DNA of 64,000 bases from NCBI GenBank assembly GCA_918797485.1, contig CAKKNE010000004.1:3534001-3598000 (forward strand), in the 5' to 3' direction. Below, in pieces: positions 19,025-29,249 of this stretch (positions are counted from its first letter, which is position 1; every line of letters begins with the position of its first letter). A program made the position numbers and the translations under genes. The notes under the pieces were generated by a model. That model saw only the letters and a list, made by a program, of their open reading frames with translations, did not search any database and was not told the DNA's origin. The DNA is from Pelagomonas calceolata (Eukaryota).

Positions 19025-19348
19025 TTGTGCAGCCTGCAGCAGTCTTTGTTTTCGGAGCCCGCGGCAGTAGGGATGCAAAGAGCTGCGTGACGGGAAAGGC
19101 ACAGCAGCAGTCTCCAGTCTGCCTCCCCGCGGCAGCGTGAGTGGACGATGCGTCGCGAGGCGTGGGCCAATTAGGCTACGAGCTAAGTCAATAGAGTTGC
19201 TAGCCCACGTATAGCTCGGGTGCCGCCCATAGTCCTTGCACCGTAACAACATAAGACCTCGGGATTTAGCTCTAGCATCGACCGCTTTAAGGGGTAAGCC
19301 ACAATGCGCCAGACTGATTTCGAGAACTATCCACTTTACGGCGAGCGA

Positions 19349-20935
19349 CTAGAACGTCGACGCCGGCCGCGGCCGCCGGATGCGAGACACGTGCGCCGGC
19401 GGCGGCGCGTACGCGCGGTGCACGTCGGCCCGGGGCCGCCCCCAGGAGTCGTCCGTCGCGCCGCGGATCATAAGATCGTTGAAGCCGGCGAGGAGCGTCG
19501 CCGGAAAGAGGCCGCCGGACACCGGGGGCGCGCGTCGCCGTCGCGGCGCGGGCGCCGACGTCGGCCGCCGCTGCGACGGCCGCGGCGCGGAGTAGGTCTG
19601 GGCGAGCGGGTCGAAGTCCCCAGACTTGATCGACCGCCGCTTCTGCCGCCGCAGCCCCGACGCGATGGCGCCGCTGAAGACGGGCGCGGGCCCGGCGGGC
19701 CCCGGCGGCGGCGTCCGCCGCGACTTTGTGGTGGACTGCGCCGCGGGCGTGCCGGGCCGCGCCTTGACAGGTGTCTTCTTCCGGCGCCGCTTTTCTGCCG
19801 ACGGCGGCCGTTTGGTTGGAGGCAGCGTCGTCCCGTCGAAGGTCGTCCGTCCCGAACTCCGCGGCTTCTCGGCACGCCGTCTAGCTTCGCGCCGCGGCGG
19901 CGAGCCTAGTAGTTCCACATCCCTAACAATAGCCTTGAGGCGCTCGTCGGGCGACGGCGCGCCGTCCTCGGACGGCGACGAGAACCCGCGGCCGTAGGGG
20001 TCGACCTCGTCCGCGTAGGGATCAACCACCACAGGTCGCGACGCGAAGGTCGGTCTATCGGATGCGACGGGGCTCTTCTTCAAGCCTGGGTTGGATGGCT
20101 GAGAAGTCTTCTTGAGGATGCCGCGTCGGGGGGGCGGCGCTTTCAGATTCGGGCCCCTCCCACTCCCCGACGGGCCGCTCACGACGCCCCGCATGCCCGC
20201 GTCCCGCCGGTCGACCCACCTTAGCCTGGTCGCGGCGTGCGCCATCTCGTGCGCAGCGCTCCGCAATTTCGCGACGTCGACGTTGCACTTCGCGTTGAAG
20301 AAGCTATTCACTAGCTCTTCCTCGTCCTGGACCAGTTCTTCCGCGTCCTTATCGACGACCGCGTCCCATGATTGGATCCTTGCCGGCGTCGCGTCCCATG
20401 CTTCTAGGCGTCTTTGCGCGTCCTCATAGGCCTGCCTCCGTTTCTTCGCCGGGAGTCTTTCTATTTTCCGACAGCGCGCTTTTTGTAAGCGTCGATCGAG
20501 CGCCGCGAGCTGTTTCAGGAAGCCCGGGTTGGGGGCCGCGTCCGCGCGCTTCGATCGCACAAACGCCAACGACTTCTCGAGGCCCCACTCGTACTTGTGC
20601 ATCAGGTAGGCCAGTGCGCAAGCTACTGCTCTTCCAGTACCTCGCAGCGAATGGATCAAAACCGCCTCGCCAGATATAAGGGCTTCGTCAACAAAGGCGC
20701 AGATCTGCTCCGCGACGACGCATCGCCCCGTGTCGTGCGCGTCGAAGAGTCGGTACGACGGCTCGTCCTCCCAGGAGAAAGTCAAATAGCGAATACCGTG
20801 CGGCGCCCACAGGTTCGGGAGCTGTCTTCCCGCGCAATTGATCACGTACGATATTTTGTTCATCTCGACGAATTCGCCGTCCTGGCTGGACTCGCCGTCG
20901 GCCACGAAGATGCCGTCCTTGATGCGCGTCGCCAT
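19349..20935 (-). CDS. Dual-specificity phosphatase-like protein lacking the catalytic Cys
   Basis: RIKDGIFVAD, ISYVINCA, VLIHSLRGTGRA (HS instead of HC), AYLMHKYEW, RADAAPNPGFLKQL. Confidence 0.9.
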   Translation of the reverse strand: MATRIKDGIFVADGESSQDGEFVEMNKISYVINCAGRQLPNLWAPHGIRYLTFSWEDEPSYRLFDAHDTGRCVVAEQICAFVDEALISGEAVLIHSLRGTGRAVACALAYLMHKYEWGLEKSLAFVRSKRADAAPNPGFLKQLAALDRRLQKARCRKIERLPAKKRRQAYEDAQRRLEAWDATPARIQSWDAVVDKDAEELVQDEEELVNSFFNAKCNVDVAKLRSAAHEMAHAATRLRWVDRRDAGMRGVVSGPSGSGRGPNLKAPPPRRGILKKTSQPSNPGLKKSPVASDRPTFASRPVVVDPYADEVDPYGRGFSSPSEDGAPSPDERLKAIVRDVELLGSPPRREARRRAEKPRSSGRTTFDGTTLPPTKRPPSAEKRRRKKTPVKARPGTPAAQSTTKSRRTPPPGPAGPAPVFSGAIASGLRRQKRRSIKSGDFDPLAQTYSAPRPSQRRPTSAPAPRRRRAPPVSGGLFPATLLAGFNDLMIRGATDDSWGRPRADVHRAYAPPPAHVSRIRRPRPASTF

Positions 20936-21355
20936 TTTGGTCTTGCGGCTGCTGCCTGGCTAACAACGCGGCTGCCCAAGCGTTGGGGTTGCCGGTGGGC
21001 TGCCTCTTGCCTCTGGCAAACCGCCTAGGCCGCTCGTGCCATGCCCGCGATCGCTGGGCAGGACGCTGCCCCGGTAGCGCTTCGCCGATATCGGTAGTTG
21101 GCGTGTAGCGCGGCCAACAACACCAGCATCCGCCGCTGTGGCTAGTAAGTTTTGATTCTAGTATGTTACCACGCTATCGGAGCTTTTTTTGCGCGACTGT
21201 GTTTTGCACAGCCGACAGCTCACGCTAGCGCGCTGTTTGCAAAAGGCGAACGCATCCAGCAGACGCCATCGACGCGCCGCGCTGGCAGATACAACTTTCC
21301 GCGCCAAAAACCAGCGCGTTGGCACGAAACACCGGATCGCCTAGACCGCAGGAAA

Positions 21356-23188
21356 ATGCCTTTAGACATCAACACCATCCGCGCCTACAAGGGCGGCGAC
21401 CCCGAGAAGGTCCGCGAGTCGCAGCGGCGGCGCTTCGCCGACGTCGCGTTGGTGGACAAAGTGATTGCGGAGGACGAGGAGTGGCGGCGCCTCGTCGCGT
21501 TGGCCGACGACAAGCGAGGCGAGAAGAACGCCAAACAAAAAGAAATTACCGCATTAAAAAAAGCGAAGAAAGAAGTCGACCCGCAGATGCTGAAAGATTT
21601 AAAAGCGTTAGATGCGAAGGTGAAGGAAGCCGAAGCCGCGACGGAGCCGCAACTGCAAAAAGTGCTGAAGCTGTTCAACACCATCGGGAACTTGGTCGAG
21701 GATTCCGTCCCCGTTTCTAATGATGAGGACAAGGACAACGAAGTGGTCAACAAGTGGGGTACGTGTAAACAAGATGCTAAATATTCGCACCATGAATTAC
21801 TATATATGATCGGTGGCTACGAGCCGGAGCGCGGCGTGAGAGTTGCTGGTCATCGAGCTTATTTTTTTACGGACTATGGCGTGTTGCTCAACCAAGCTGT
21901 GATTAACTACGGCATCGCGTTCTTACGAAAGAAACAGTACAAGATCCTCCAGCCGCCCTACATGATGAATAAGGATTTGATGGGCGGCGTCGCGCAACTC
22001 TCGGAGTTCGATGAAGCGTTGTATAAGGTCACGGGGGGCGACCAGGAAAAGTATCTCATAGCCACTTCTGAACAGCCCATCTGCGCCTACCACAAGGGCG
22101 AGTGGCTGCAGGAGTCAGAGTTACCTCTACGATACGCGGGTGTGTCCACCTGTTTCCGGAAGGAGGCCGGTTCGCACGGGAGAGACACGTGGGGCATCTT
22201 CCGCGTCCACCAGTTCGAAAAAGTGGAACAGTTCTGTTTAACGACGGGAGACTTGGAGAAGTCCAACGAGATGCACGAGGAGATGCGGGACATCGCCGAG
22301 GAGTACATTCAATCCATGGGCTTCCCGTACCACGTCGTGAACATTGTGTCTGGCGAATTGAACAATGCGGCCATCAAGAAGTACGACATCGAGTGCTGGT
22401 TCCCTTTTCAAAAAAAGTATCGCGAACTCGTATCTTGCTCGAACTGCACGGACTACCAGTCCCGAGCCATGGAGGTGCGCTGCGGCGGCAAGAAGATGGG
22501 CTCGCGGGAGAAGAAGTACGTGCACATGCTCAATAGTACGTTGTGCGCCTGCGGCCGGACGATATGTTGCTTGCTCGAGAACAACCAGACGGAGACGGGT
22601 GTGGTCGTACCTGAGGTGTTGAGACCCTTCATGGGCGGCGTGGACTTCATGCCTTTTATAAGAACGATGGACGGCAAGCCCTTCAAGGCACCCCAAGCTC
22701 CTGGGAACCCGGAGGCGGCGGCGTGCGCGGCCCAGGGCGACAAGATCAGGCAGATGAAGGCCGCCAAAGCGTCCAAGGAGGAGATCATGAAGGCCGTCGA
22801 CGAACTCAAAAAGCTCAAGGCCAAGCACCTCGAGGTGCACGGCACGGAGTTCGCTCCCACCGGAAAGGTCGAGGGCTCGCGCAAGGACAAGAAGAAGGCC
22901 GCTCCCGCGCCCGCAGCGCCGAAGGCCCCGAAGGCGCCGAAAGCGCCCAAGGCGCCCAAGGCGGCGAAGCCGCCCCCCGCGCCTTCTGGTGGAGGCGCCC
23001 TCGCGGAGCTGAACGGCCAGGTCGAGTACGCTCCTTATTTAGGGGGCTACGCGCCGTCGGCGGCCGACGCCGCGGCCTTCGCGAAGCATAGGGGTGCGGC
23101 CTGCGACGCCGCGGCGCTGCCGCACGCCGCGCGGTGGCTCGCGCACATGGCGTCCTTCGACGACGCGGCGCGGGCGGCGTGGAAGTAG
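21356..23188 (+). CDS. SARS: Cytosolic seryl-tRNA synthetase with appended WHEP and EF1B/GST-C-like domains
   Basis: MPLDINTIR..GGDPEKVRESQRRRF, YLIATSEQPI, CFRKEAGSHGRDTWGIFRVHQFEKVEQF, ELVSCSNCTDYQSR, VHMLNSTL. Confidence 0.97.
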   Translation: MPLDINTIRAYKGGDPEKVRESQRRRFADVALVDKVIAEDEEWRRLVALADDKRGEKNAKQKEITALKKAKKEVDPQMLKDLKALDAKVKEAEAATEPQLQKVLKLFNTIGNLVEDSVPVSNDEDKDNEVVNKWGTCKQDAKYSHHELLYMIGGYEPERGVRVAGHRAYFFTDYGVLLNQAVINYGIAFLRKKQYKILQPPYMMNKDLMGGVAQLSEFDEALYKVTGGDQEKYLIATSEQPICAYHKGEWLQESELPLRYAGVSTCFRKEAGSHGRDTWGIFRVHQFEKVEQFCLTTGDLEKSNEMHEEMRDIAEEYIQSMGFPYHVVNIVSGELNNAAIKKYDIECWFPFQKKYRELVSCSNCTDYQSRAMEVRCGGKKMGSREKKYVHMLNSTLCACGRTICCLLENNQTETGVVVPEVLRPFMGGVDFMPFIRTMDGKPFKAPQAPGNPEAAACAAQGDKIRQMKAAKASKEEIMKAVDELKKLKAKHLEVHGTEFAPTGKVEGSRKDKKKAAPAPAAPKAPKAPKAPKAPKAAKPPPAPSGGGALAELNGQVEYAPYLGGYAPSAADAAAFAKHRGAACDAAALPHAARWLAHMASFDDAARAAWK

Positions 23189-23199
23189 ATGACTGCTTC

Positions 23200-23904
23200 T
23201 TAAGAGACACTACTAATTAGCCGCTCGACCGTCAGTCGCGTGTCCTTTTCTACGATTCCGCGGATCATGCCCTCGCCCCGAACCATGGCCCTGTCGGGCA
23301 CGGGCCACCACCGAGGTAGAGGAAGCGTCAGCGCAAAGTCGCCCGTCGCTTCCAGTTTACCGTCGCGGGCGCTCAGCTCCGTACACGCCTCGACGCCAAT
23401 GCCGGCTAGGCCGGACACGAGGCGTCGCAGCGGGCCGGAGAAGACCATCTGGCACTTCTCGGTGACATAACGGATGCCTGCGCCCGTCCTTTCGACGCGC
23501 AGCGTCGCGACGGGCTTGCACGCCAGTAACCCAAAAAAGCCCACCGAGGTGATCGCGGCCTCGTAGCGATCCCCGCCCAGCGGCGTGACGGCTTCGACGG
23601 AATCGTCGAGCCGCACGAGAGTGTTACCGTCCATTTGTCGCAGGTATTGACGCATGCGATCGTCGCAGGGCGCGGCGACTTCGGACCTCGCAGTCCATCG
23701 CACGCTCCGCGTCGGTTTCTCGCCGCTCGCGGCGGCGGCGCGTCGCGGGGCAGCGCTTGGACGACGCGGCGCGATCCATGCGCTCAGCCGCCGTCGTGTG
23801 GGAGGCTGCCCGCGACCGTTTGCAGCTACAGATGCGCAGGAAGAGAGACAGACAGCCAGCACGCGGATGAATACCCGTCGTCGCATGTTCCTGTAAGCAG
23901 CCAC
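23200..23904 (-). CDS. Signal-peptide protein, DUF1997-like (possibly plastid); start codon uncertain
   Basis: Hydrophobic N-terminus and a basic transit-like stretch. VTPLGGDRYE...VGFFGLLACKPVATLRV. Confidence 0.55.
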   Translation of the reverse strand: MAAYRNMRRRVFIRVLAVCLSSCASVAANGRGQPPTRRRLSAWIAPRRPSAAPRRAAAASGEKPTRSVRWTARSEVAAPCDDRMRQYLRQMDGNTLVRLDDSVEAVTPLGGDRYEAAITSVGFFGLLACKPVATLRVERTGAGIRYVTEKCQMVFSGPLRRLVSGLAGIGVEACTELSARDGKLEATGDFALTLPLPRWWPVPDRAMVRGEGMIRGIVEKDTRLTVERLISSVS

Positions 23905-24062
23905 CGACGGTGGGCAGCGGCGGCACGAGTTGGGGAGGCTGTCAAATGGAATCCAGACTTGGTGACTGGACCAACCCTGCCCCTCCCCCCAAAGCTCGTC
24001 ACAAAGCCATCGGAATCATGCGTCAGAGGCCTTTGACAAGCCCCGCGACCACTTCATGCTTG

Positions 24063-24085
24063 CTAGTGTCTTACATGCCGCTAGC
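24063..24085. promoter_or_regulatory. Paired-CTAG upstream element
   Basis: CTAGTGTCTTACATGCCGCTAGC between divergent genes. Confidence 0.55.
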
Positions 24086-24232
24086 AAGGCCTCGAAACCG
24101 CGCCAGACACGGCTCTGTGCGGCGAGAGCTGCCATAGCTGCCTGCCACTTGTTTCAGACACTGATAACTCTTGCCTGCAGCGCCCGCAGTCAGTGTTGTG
24201 CGCTGGCACGTAGTCTCCACATCACTCTGAGG

Positions 24233-25720
24233 ATGCGCATCCTACTTTTTCTAGCCGCAGCCGCGGCCTTCCAGCAGCCGCCGACGCAGCACAGCTCACG
24301 CCTAAATGCAGCCAAGGGCGACCTCGACGACGACCTCTCGCCCGAAGACATGGCCAAGTTCGCCGCGCAAGCGCCGTCAGAGAACGAGCAGGCGGCGCTC
24401 TTCGCACAACTGAAAGAACAGTTCGCGGCCATCGAAGGCAGTACTTATGGAGGCGCCCGCGACGAGGACTACTTTGAGGAAGAAGATAAGACGTTGGAGG
24501 CGGAACTAAGAAAAGCTGGTGGCCGCCTCTCGAAGCAAGATCAGCGCGACGTCGATCGCGCGGCCCTCGAGGCGACCTTTGAAAGAGCCAAGGAGGATTT
24601 CAAGAGTACGGTGGAAAAGATGAAGGAGGACGACCTGGCCGTCACAAATATCAAACGAGCGGAACTCGAAGAGGAGATGGCCGCGGAGGCCAGAGCCTTC
24701 GAGACGCGCATGGACGCTTTAGCGCGCGAGGCGGGCGTCGACCCGCGCGGTCCTTTACCGGAATTTGATGAGGACGTGATTGTGACGCTGGACGACGTGC
24801 TGGCCGAGCCGGCGCCGGTGGCCAATGTACCTGTATCGAACGCCGTGCGCGTGTGTGGAGCGAAGGGCGGGGCGCTGCAGGAGTTAGTTGTGGACGAGCT
24901 CAAGAAGCTGGGTGTACAAGAGGTGTCCGTGGGCGACGCTAAACGTGGCAACACGGGCACGTTGGTATTGGTGGACGCGGGCGAGGCCGAGGCGAAGCGC
25001 CTCGTGGAGACTGCGAGGCCCCGACGCGTCGTCGTCGCGTCGCGCCAGGGCGTCACGCGGTCCGGCGAGTTCGCGTTTTTGTTCCGCAAGGGCGCGCTCG
25101 ACGGCGCGCGCGGCGTGGAGGGTGCTGCCAAATTAGCCCTGCAGAAGATTGGCGAAGGGGGTGAAAGTGTTGTGGTCCGCCTGGGCGAGGCCAAGGGCGC
25201 GTCTGGGAGTGCCGTCGTGGAGGTCGGCGACACGCTCGACGAGGCCACTTCTGTAGATGTCGCGGCGGCGGCGTTGGCGCGGTGCTGCCTCGACGCGCGC
25301 GTGGCGAACGCGACTATCGCAGTCAGCGGCGCCGACGCGTCAGTGGACTGGAGCGACTTGTTGCTAAAGGCGGACGGGCCCGAGTTGTTGAGGAGGCCCG
25401 CACGCGCGTCGGAGAACGAGGTCCTGAGCTGGGTTCGGGAGTGGGCCACACTATGGACGAAAAAAGGCGACAACGCGCGGCGGCTCACGACGCCCGTCGA
25501 CGTCGTGCCGACGCCAAACGGCGCCGAGCTCGTGTTTGTGGACAAGCGGGCTCCGAAACGATCCAAGGCCGGCGGCGTCCGGCTCGTGGTCGAGGCTGTG
25601 GACGGGGTGCGCGTGCGCGCCGTCCGCGGCACGTACAGCGAGGGCATCGCTGTCAAGGCCATGTCCGAGGACCTGATCCTGGCGCGGCTCGACGAGGACA
25701 TGGCGCGGACGTTCGGGTAA
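24233..25720 (+). CDS. Plastid-targeted protein with a coiled-coil and a degenerate NAD(P)-binding Rossmann-like domain
   Basis: Bipartite presequence MRILLFLAAAAA-FQQPP. VRVCGAKGG, RVVVAS, VVVRLG...GDTLDEATSVDVAAAAL. Confidence 0.75.
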   Translation: MRILLFLAAAAAFQQPPTQHSSRLNAAKGDLDDDLSPEDMAKFAAQAPSENEQAALFAQLKEQFAAIEGSTYGGARDEDYFEEEDKTLEAELRKAGGRLSKQDQRDVDRAALEATFERAKEDFKSTVEKMKEDDLAVTNIKRAELEEEMAAEARAFETRMDALAREAGVDPRGPLPEFDEDVIVTLDDVLAEPAPVANVPVSNAVRVCGAKGGALQELVVDELKKLGVQEVSVGDAKRGNTGTLVLVDAGEAEAKRLVETARPRRVVVASRQGVTRSGEFAFLFRKGALDGARGVEGAAKLALQKIGEGGESVVVRLGEAKGASGSAVVEVGDTLDEATSVDVAAAALARCCLDARVANATIAVSGADASVDWSDLLLKADGPELLRRPARASENEVLSWVREWATLWTKKGDNARRLTTPVDVVPTPNGAELVFVDKRAPKRSKAGGVRLVVEAVDGVRVRAVRGTYSEGIAVKAMSEDLILARLDEDMARTFG

Positions 25721-25770
25721 CTTAATTAATCTAGTAGGATCGTTATGTACAAAACTTCGGGAAAAATTGC

Positions 25771-26388
25771 TCAGCGGCGGCCGCGGAGGTTCCGACTGCT
25801 GGGTTCAGGACAAGGCGACGATGGCGTATCCCCGGAGCCACTACCAAAGCACGGCAGGGCGGTCGGCTCGGCCTCTTCGGTGGCGGTGTTGCCATTGGCG
25901 GGTTCCACAAAGTATAGCTCCTCGAGCGCGTTGAGTCCGCGCACCGCTTCCGGAAGCGCGACAAGTTTCGTGCACCAGGACATAGACTCCAGTTCCTCGA
26001 TCGAGCCGATGGCGTCCAGTCCATCAATCCTTGAACACTTTTCTAATGTGAGGCCCGTCACGCGCCCATTGTTCACGGCGACACCTGTCCACTTGCTCGG
26101 GTCCTCGGAATCTCCAAAATAATCATTTAGCTCGATCGATGAGTCGCGTAAGAACGTTAGCGCCTCGACATCATCTTGCCACGAGCCGCGCACCGAAATC
26201 CCCGCGATGGTCCAGCCGATGCTGAAGAAGACGACGCTCACGAGCATGCATAGCGCGACGACTGGCAGAGTCACGACTTTCTGTCGTTGTCTCAGGTGTT
26301 TTGGTCTGGTTGTGGCCCTGTGGCAGTAATTTCGCGTGCGTTTTGACGGCTGGCGCGGGTGAACTTGGACAAGGGTCACTGCTTTCAT
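25771..26388 (-). CDS. Short TM + LRR-cap/LRR protein, possibly a truncated family member
   Basis: TM helix, then DDVEALTFLRD...DPSKWTGVAVNNGRVTGLTLEKC and 1-2 LRRs (CTKLVALPEAVRGLNALEEL). Confidence 0.6.
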   Translation of the reverse strand: MKAVTLVQVHPRQPSKRTRNYCHRATTRPKHLRQRQKVVTLPVVALCMLVSVVFFSIGWTIAGISVRGSWQDDVEALTFLRDSSIELNDYFGDSEDPSKWTGVAVNNGRVTGLTLEKCSRIDGLDAIGSIEELESMSWCTKLVALPEAVRGLNALEELYFVEPANGNTATEEAEPTALPCFGSGSGDTPSSPCPEPSSRNLRGRR

Positions 26389-26785
26389 TGGTATTCAACT
26401 TATAATTCAAGCGCTCGCGAGGCTCAACTCTCGGGAATTTTGTGCTTAAGAGCCGCGTTTCATACGTTAAGGCAACGTGGCAAGGTATCACCGCGAGAGA
26501 GTCGCGGGATCAATGTATTCTCCAGCGTTTTTTGGTCGTTTTGCCCAGCAAGACATGAATGAGGCACTAGCTTAGGCACTAGCTTACCGAGAGATCTACG
26601 TAGACATTACACCAGCAACACATCACTACAGACCAGCTGCGACGACGACGAACGCCACAATGCCGATCGACGCGACCGAAGCGCGTGCGGCGTTGTCGGT
26701 GGTATACCGATACCATACCGAGGGACCGTACGTGTGAACTTTCTTAGAACGAGAGGGGGAGGGACGAGAGGGGGAATCATATAGT

Positions 26786-28681
26786 TCAGCGACGCTTCTT
26801 GGGCGCCGCCGGGCTCTGAGCGGCAGCGGCACGCTTTGACCGGCGTGGGGGCGGCGCCGGCGGCGCTTCGGCGGCCGCCGCCGGGTTTGAAACGACGAGG
26901 CCCGAATCCGCGAGCGCCGGCGCGAACACGGGCGGCGGCGTCGGGCCGGCGGCCGGCGACACTGCGGTGACGGCCGCGGCGGTTGCGCCGATTTGTCGCA
27001 ATCTGGCACGCGTCCGGTCGAGCTCCTGCTGGAGCGCGCGCGATCGCGCCCTTTCGAGCTCGAGGTCGAGGGCCGACACTGTCGCGCCGCCGAGCTGCGC
27101 CGGCCGGCGCCGCGCGGACCCGCCCGGCAGGAGGCCGACGCCAGCCAACGTGTCAGGGAAGGCCGGCGGCAGCAGGGCCGCGATGTCCTCGGCGCCCACG
27201 GCGCGCCGCGCGCCCGGCGCCGTCGGCGGCGGCGCAGCGGAGCTGCCGCCGACGCGTTCGGCGCTGTCCCAGTTGAACTCGGCGCCGCACGCGCACGACA
27301 TGTGCGCGCAGCCCTCCGAGCGGTAGATGAGGACGTGGCACTCGGGGCACGCCCGCGTCGAGTCGCCGGCCCAGGCCAGGAACGCCGCCGTGCCGTCGTC
27401 GTCGTCATTTGAACCCGCCGCCGTCCGCGCCTGCAGGTCCCGCAGCCGCTGCTCGTAGGAGCGCCGCGCGCGCGCTAAATGGGCCTGGTAGGCCTCCGGC
27501 TCGAGCAACAGCTCCAGCGCCTCGCGGGGCAGCGGCGTCTTGCAGCCCGGCGTCGGGCACCGCGTGTAGATGGCCCCATCGCGCGCCTGGATCTCGAGCC
27601 ACCGCGCCGCGCAGGGCGCGCACATGTCGCACGCCGACGCCTGGCCGCCGACGTTGGCCGGGGGCGGCGGCGGCGCGAGCGCAAGCGCGTGGTGGTACGG
27701 CAGCTGGCGGTGCAGCGCGATCGTGTCGCGGCGCGCGACGCGTTCGCCGCAGGCGACGCAGTCGAAGGCCGGCCGGTTCCGCGCGGCCTGGTTCTCCTCG
27801 GGAGGCAGCAGCGCCGCGAGCGTCTCGAGCGACAGCGAGGCCTGGCACCCCTCGGCGGGGCACGCGACCCGGCCGTCGTCGCTGTTCAGCGCGCGCGTCG
27901 CCGTCTCCCGGGCGCAGCGCTCGCAGGCGCAGTGCGCGCACTGCGTCCGCGCGCGCGGCACCGCGGACGCGGGCCGCTGCGCCGTCAGGTCGTAGTAGAC
28001 GGCCGCGTCCCGGCGCGCGCGCCGCGGCGGAGGGCCCCGCTCGAGCACCGCGAGGCCCGCGAGCTCGGCGGGGTGCGGCGCCGTGAGGTCGACGACGTCG
28101 CGCTCGGCGGCGTACTGGGCGCGCAGGCGGTCGCGCAGGCGGGGCGCGGGCGCGCCCGCCACCGCCGCCTCGCGCCTCGCCCGCGCCGCCGCGAGGGGCG
28201 ACATGCCCGCGAACGGCGTCGCCGAGCTCGAAACCGCGAGGCCCGGCGCCGGCGTCGCGCGCGTGGGGACGCGGCGGAGCGAGACTCCGCCGCGCGTCGC
28301 GCCGACGGCGCGGGCGCGCGGCGGCGCGGGCGCCGCCTGCGCCCGCTCGAGGCGGTCGCGGTCGCGCTGCTGCGTCCGGCGGCGCGCCCGCAGGGCGTGC
28401 AGGGCCGAGGGCGCCCGCGACCGGCGGACCCAGGGCGCGAGCGTCCCGGTCCGCAGCTCTATCAAACCGCCCGCCGCCTCGCCGCACACGCAGCACGGCG
28501 TGCAGTGCGTCTCGAGGACGTGGCGCGTCATCGTCGCCCAGGCGGCCGCCGTGTCGGCCGGGCCGTCTTCAGTAGAGTCCGGCGTCGGCTCCGTCAGCCC
28601 GCAGACGCCGCAGCAGATGCCGCGCGGGAGGCGCGTCAACGACGCGGCGGCGACGGAGCGGCCGTACCAGCCGGTAGCCAT
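26786..28681 (-). CDS. RBR/IBR-type E3 ubiquitin ligase-like zinc-finger protein
   Basis: CDMCAPCAARWL...RCPTPGC. TRACPECHVLIYRSEGCAHMSCACGAEFNW (RING2/IBR). Confidence 0.8.
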   Translation of the reverse strand: MATGWYGRSVAAASLTRLPRGICCGVCGLTEPTPDSTEDGPADTAAAWATMTRHVLETHCTPCCVCGEAAGGLIELRTGTLAPWVRRSRAPSALHALRARRRTQQRDRDRLERAQAAPAPPRARAVGATRGGVSLRRVPTRATPAPGLAVSSSATPFAGMSPLAAARARREAAVAGAPAPRLRDRLRAQYAAERDVVDLTAPHPAELAGLAVLERGPPPRRARRDAAVYYDLTAQRPASAVPRARTQCAHCACERCARETATRALNSDDGRVACPAEGCQASLSLETLAALLPPEENQAARNRPAFDCVACGERVARRDTIALHRQLPYHHALALAPPPPPANVGGQASACDMCAPCAARWLEIQARDGAIYTRCPTPGCKTPLPREALELLLEPEAYQAHLARARRSYEQRLRDLQARTAAGSNDDDDGTAAFLAWAGDSTRACPECHVLIYRSEGCAHMSCACGAEFNWDSAERVGGSSAAPPPTAPGARRAVGAEDIAALLPPAFPDTLAGVGLLPGGSARRRPAQLGGATVSALDLELERARSRALQQELDRTRARLRQIGATAAAVTAVSPAAGPTPPPVFAPALADSGLVVSNPAAAAEAPPAPPPRRSKRAAAAQSPAAPKKRR

Positions 28682-29249
28682 GGTTTTCTCTTGCTGGAGA
28701 TCTGTCGCGTCGATGGCGCGCCGCTGGCAAGTCCGAAGGGCCGTGCGACGTAGCCGGCGTTCGCACGAATGTATTTTAGGTGCTGCTGCTCTCAGGCTCT
28801 TTCTTTGCTCCTCGGCGGCGCCTTTTGGGGCGCTGCGCTTGCGATATTCGTGGGTGGCACTACTAAGCGGTTCCTTGCTCGGCTTGCAGGCCTCTCGCAG
28901 GTCCCGTAGCGTCCCCGAGGACCGTGTTTACGAGACGAGCGCTCTGTGGGCAGCAAAGTGCAGGTGGAGCGCCGACCAGAGGAACCACCCGTCTGCCCAC
29001 CCCTACCCGTGAAGAGAGGGGATGGCTCGCGGAGGACAGGGCTGGAAACGCGGGGTGGTTGGGCCATGGCCTTTGGCAGCGCCCAGTTGCTTTGGCAATG
29101 CCCAGGCGGCGCTGAGCACGCCCACGCCCGGCAGAGACGAGCGCGGCGCCTCGGAACGCAGTTATACATAGAACGCGTGCGTCGAGGCAGCCTCATCAAC
29201 CGCCGAGGCGAGGGCTGCCCCCAACCCAGCCAAGGAGGCATAGGACACC

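Noticed and set aside
21152..21355. N-terminal extension of SerRS in the ORF track, and similar extensions for IBA57, the U-box protein and the Kelch gene
   Set aside because: These extensions run through promoter-like DNA, some from non-ATG starts. Recognisable protein sequence begins at the downstream ATG.
26562..26585. AGGCACTAGCTT tandem dimer
   Set aside because: Only two 12-bp units. It may be a variant of the CTAG element but is too weak to call.
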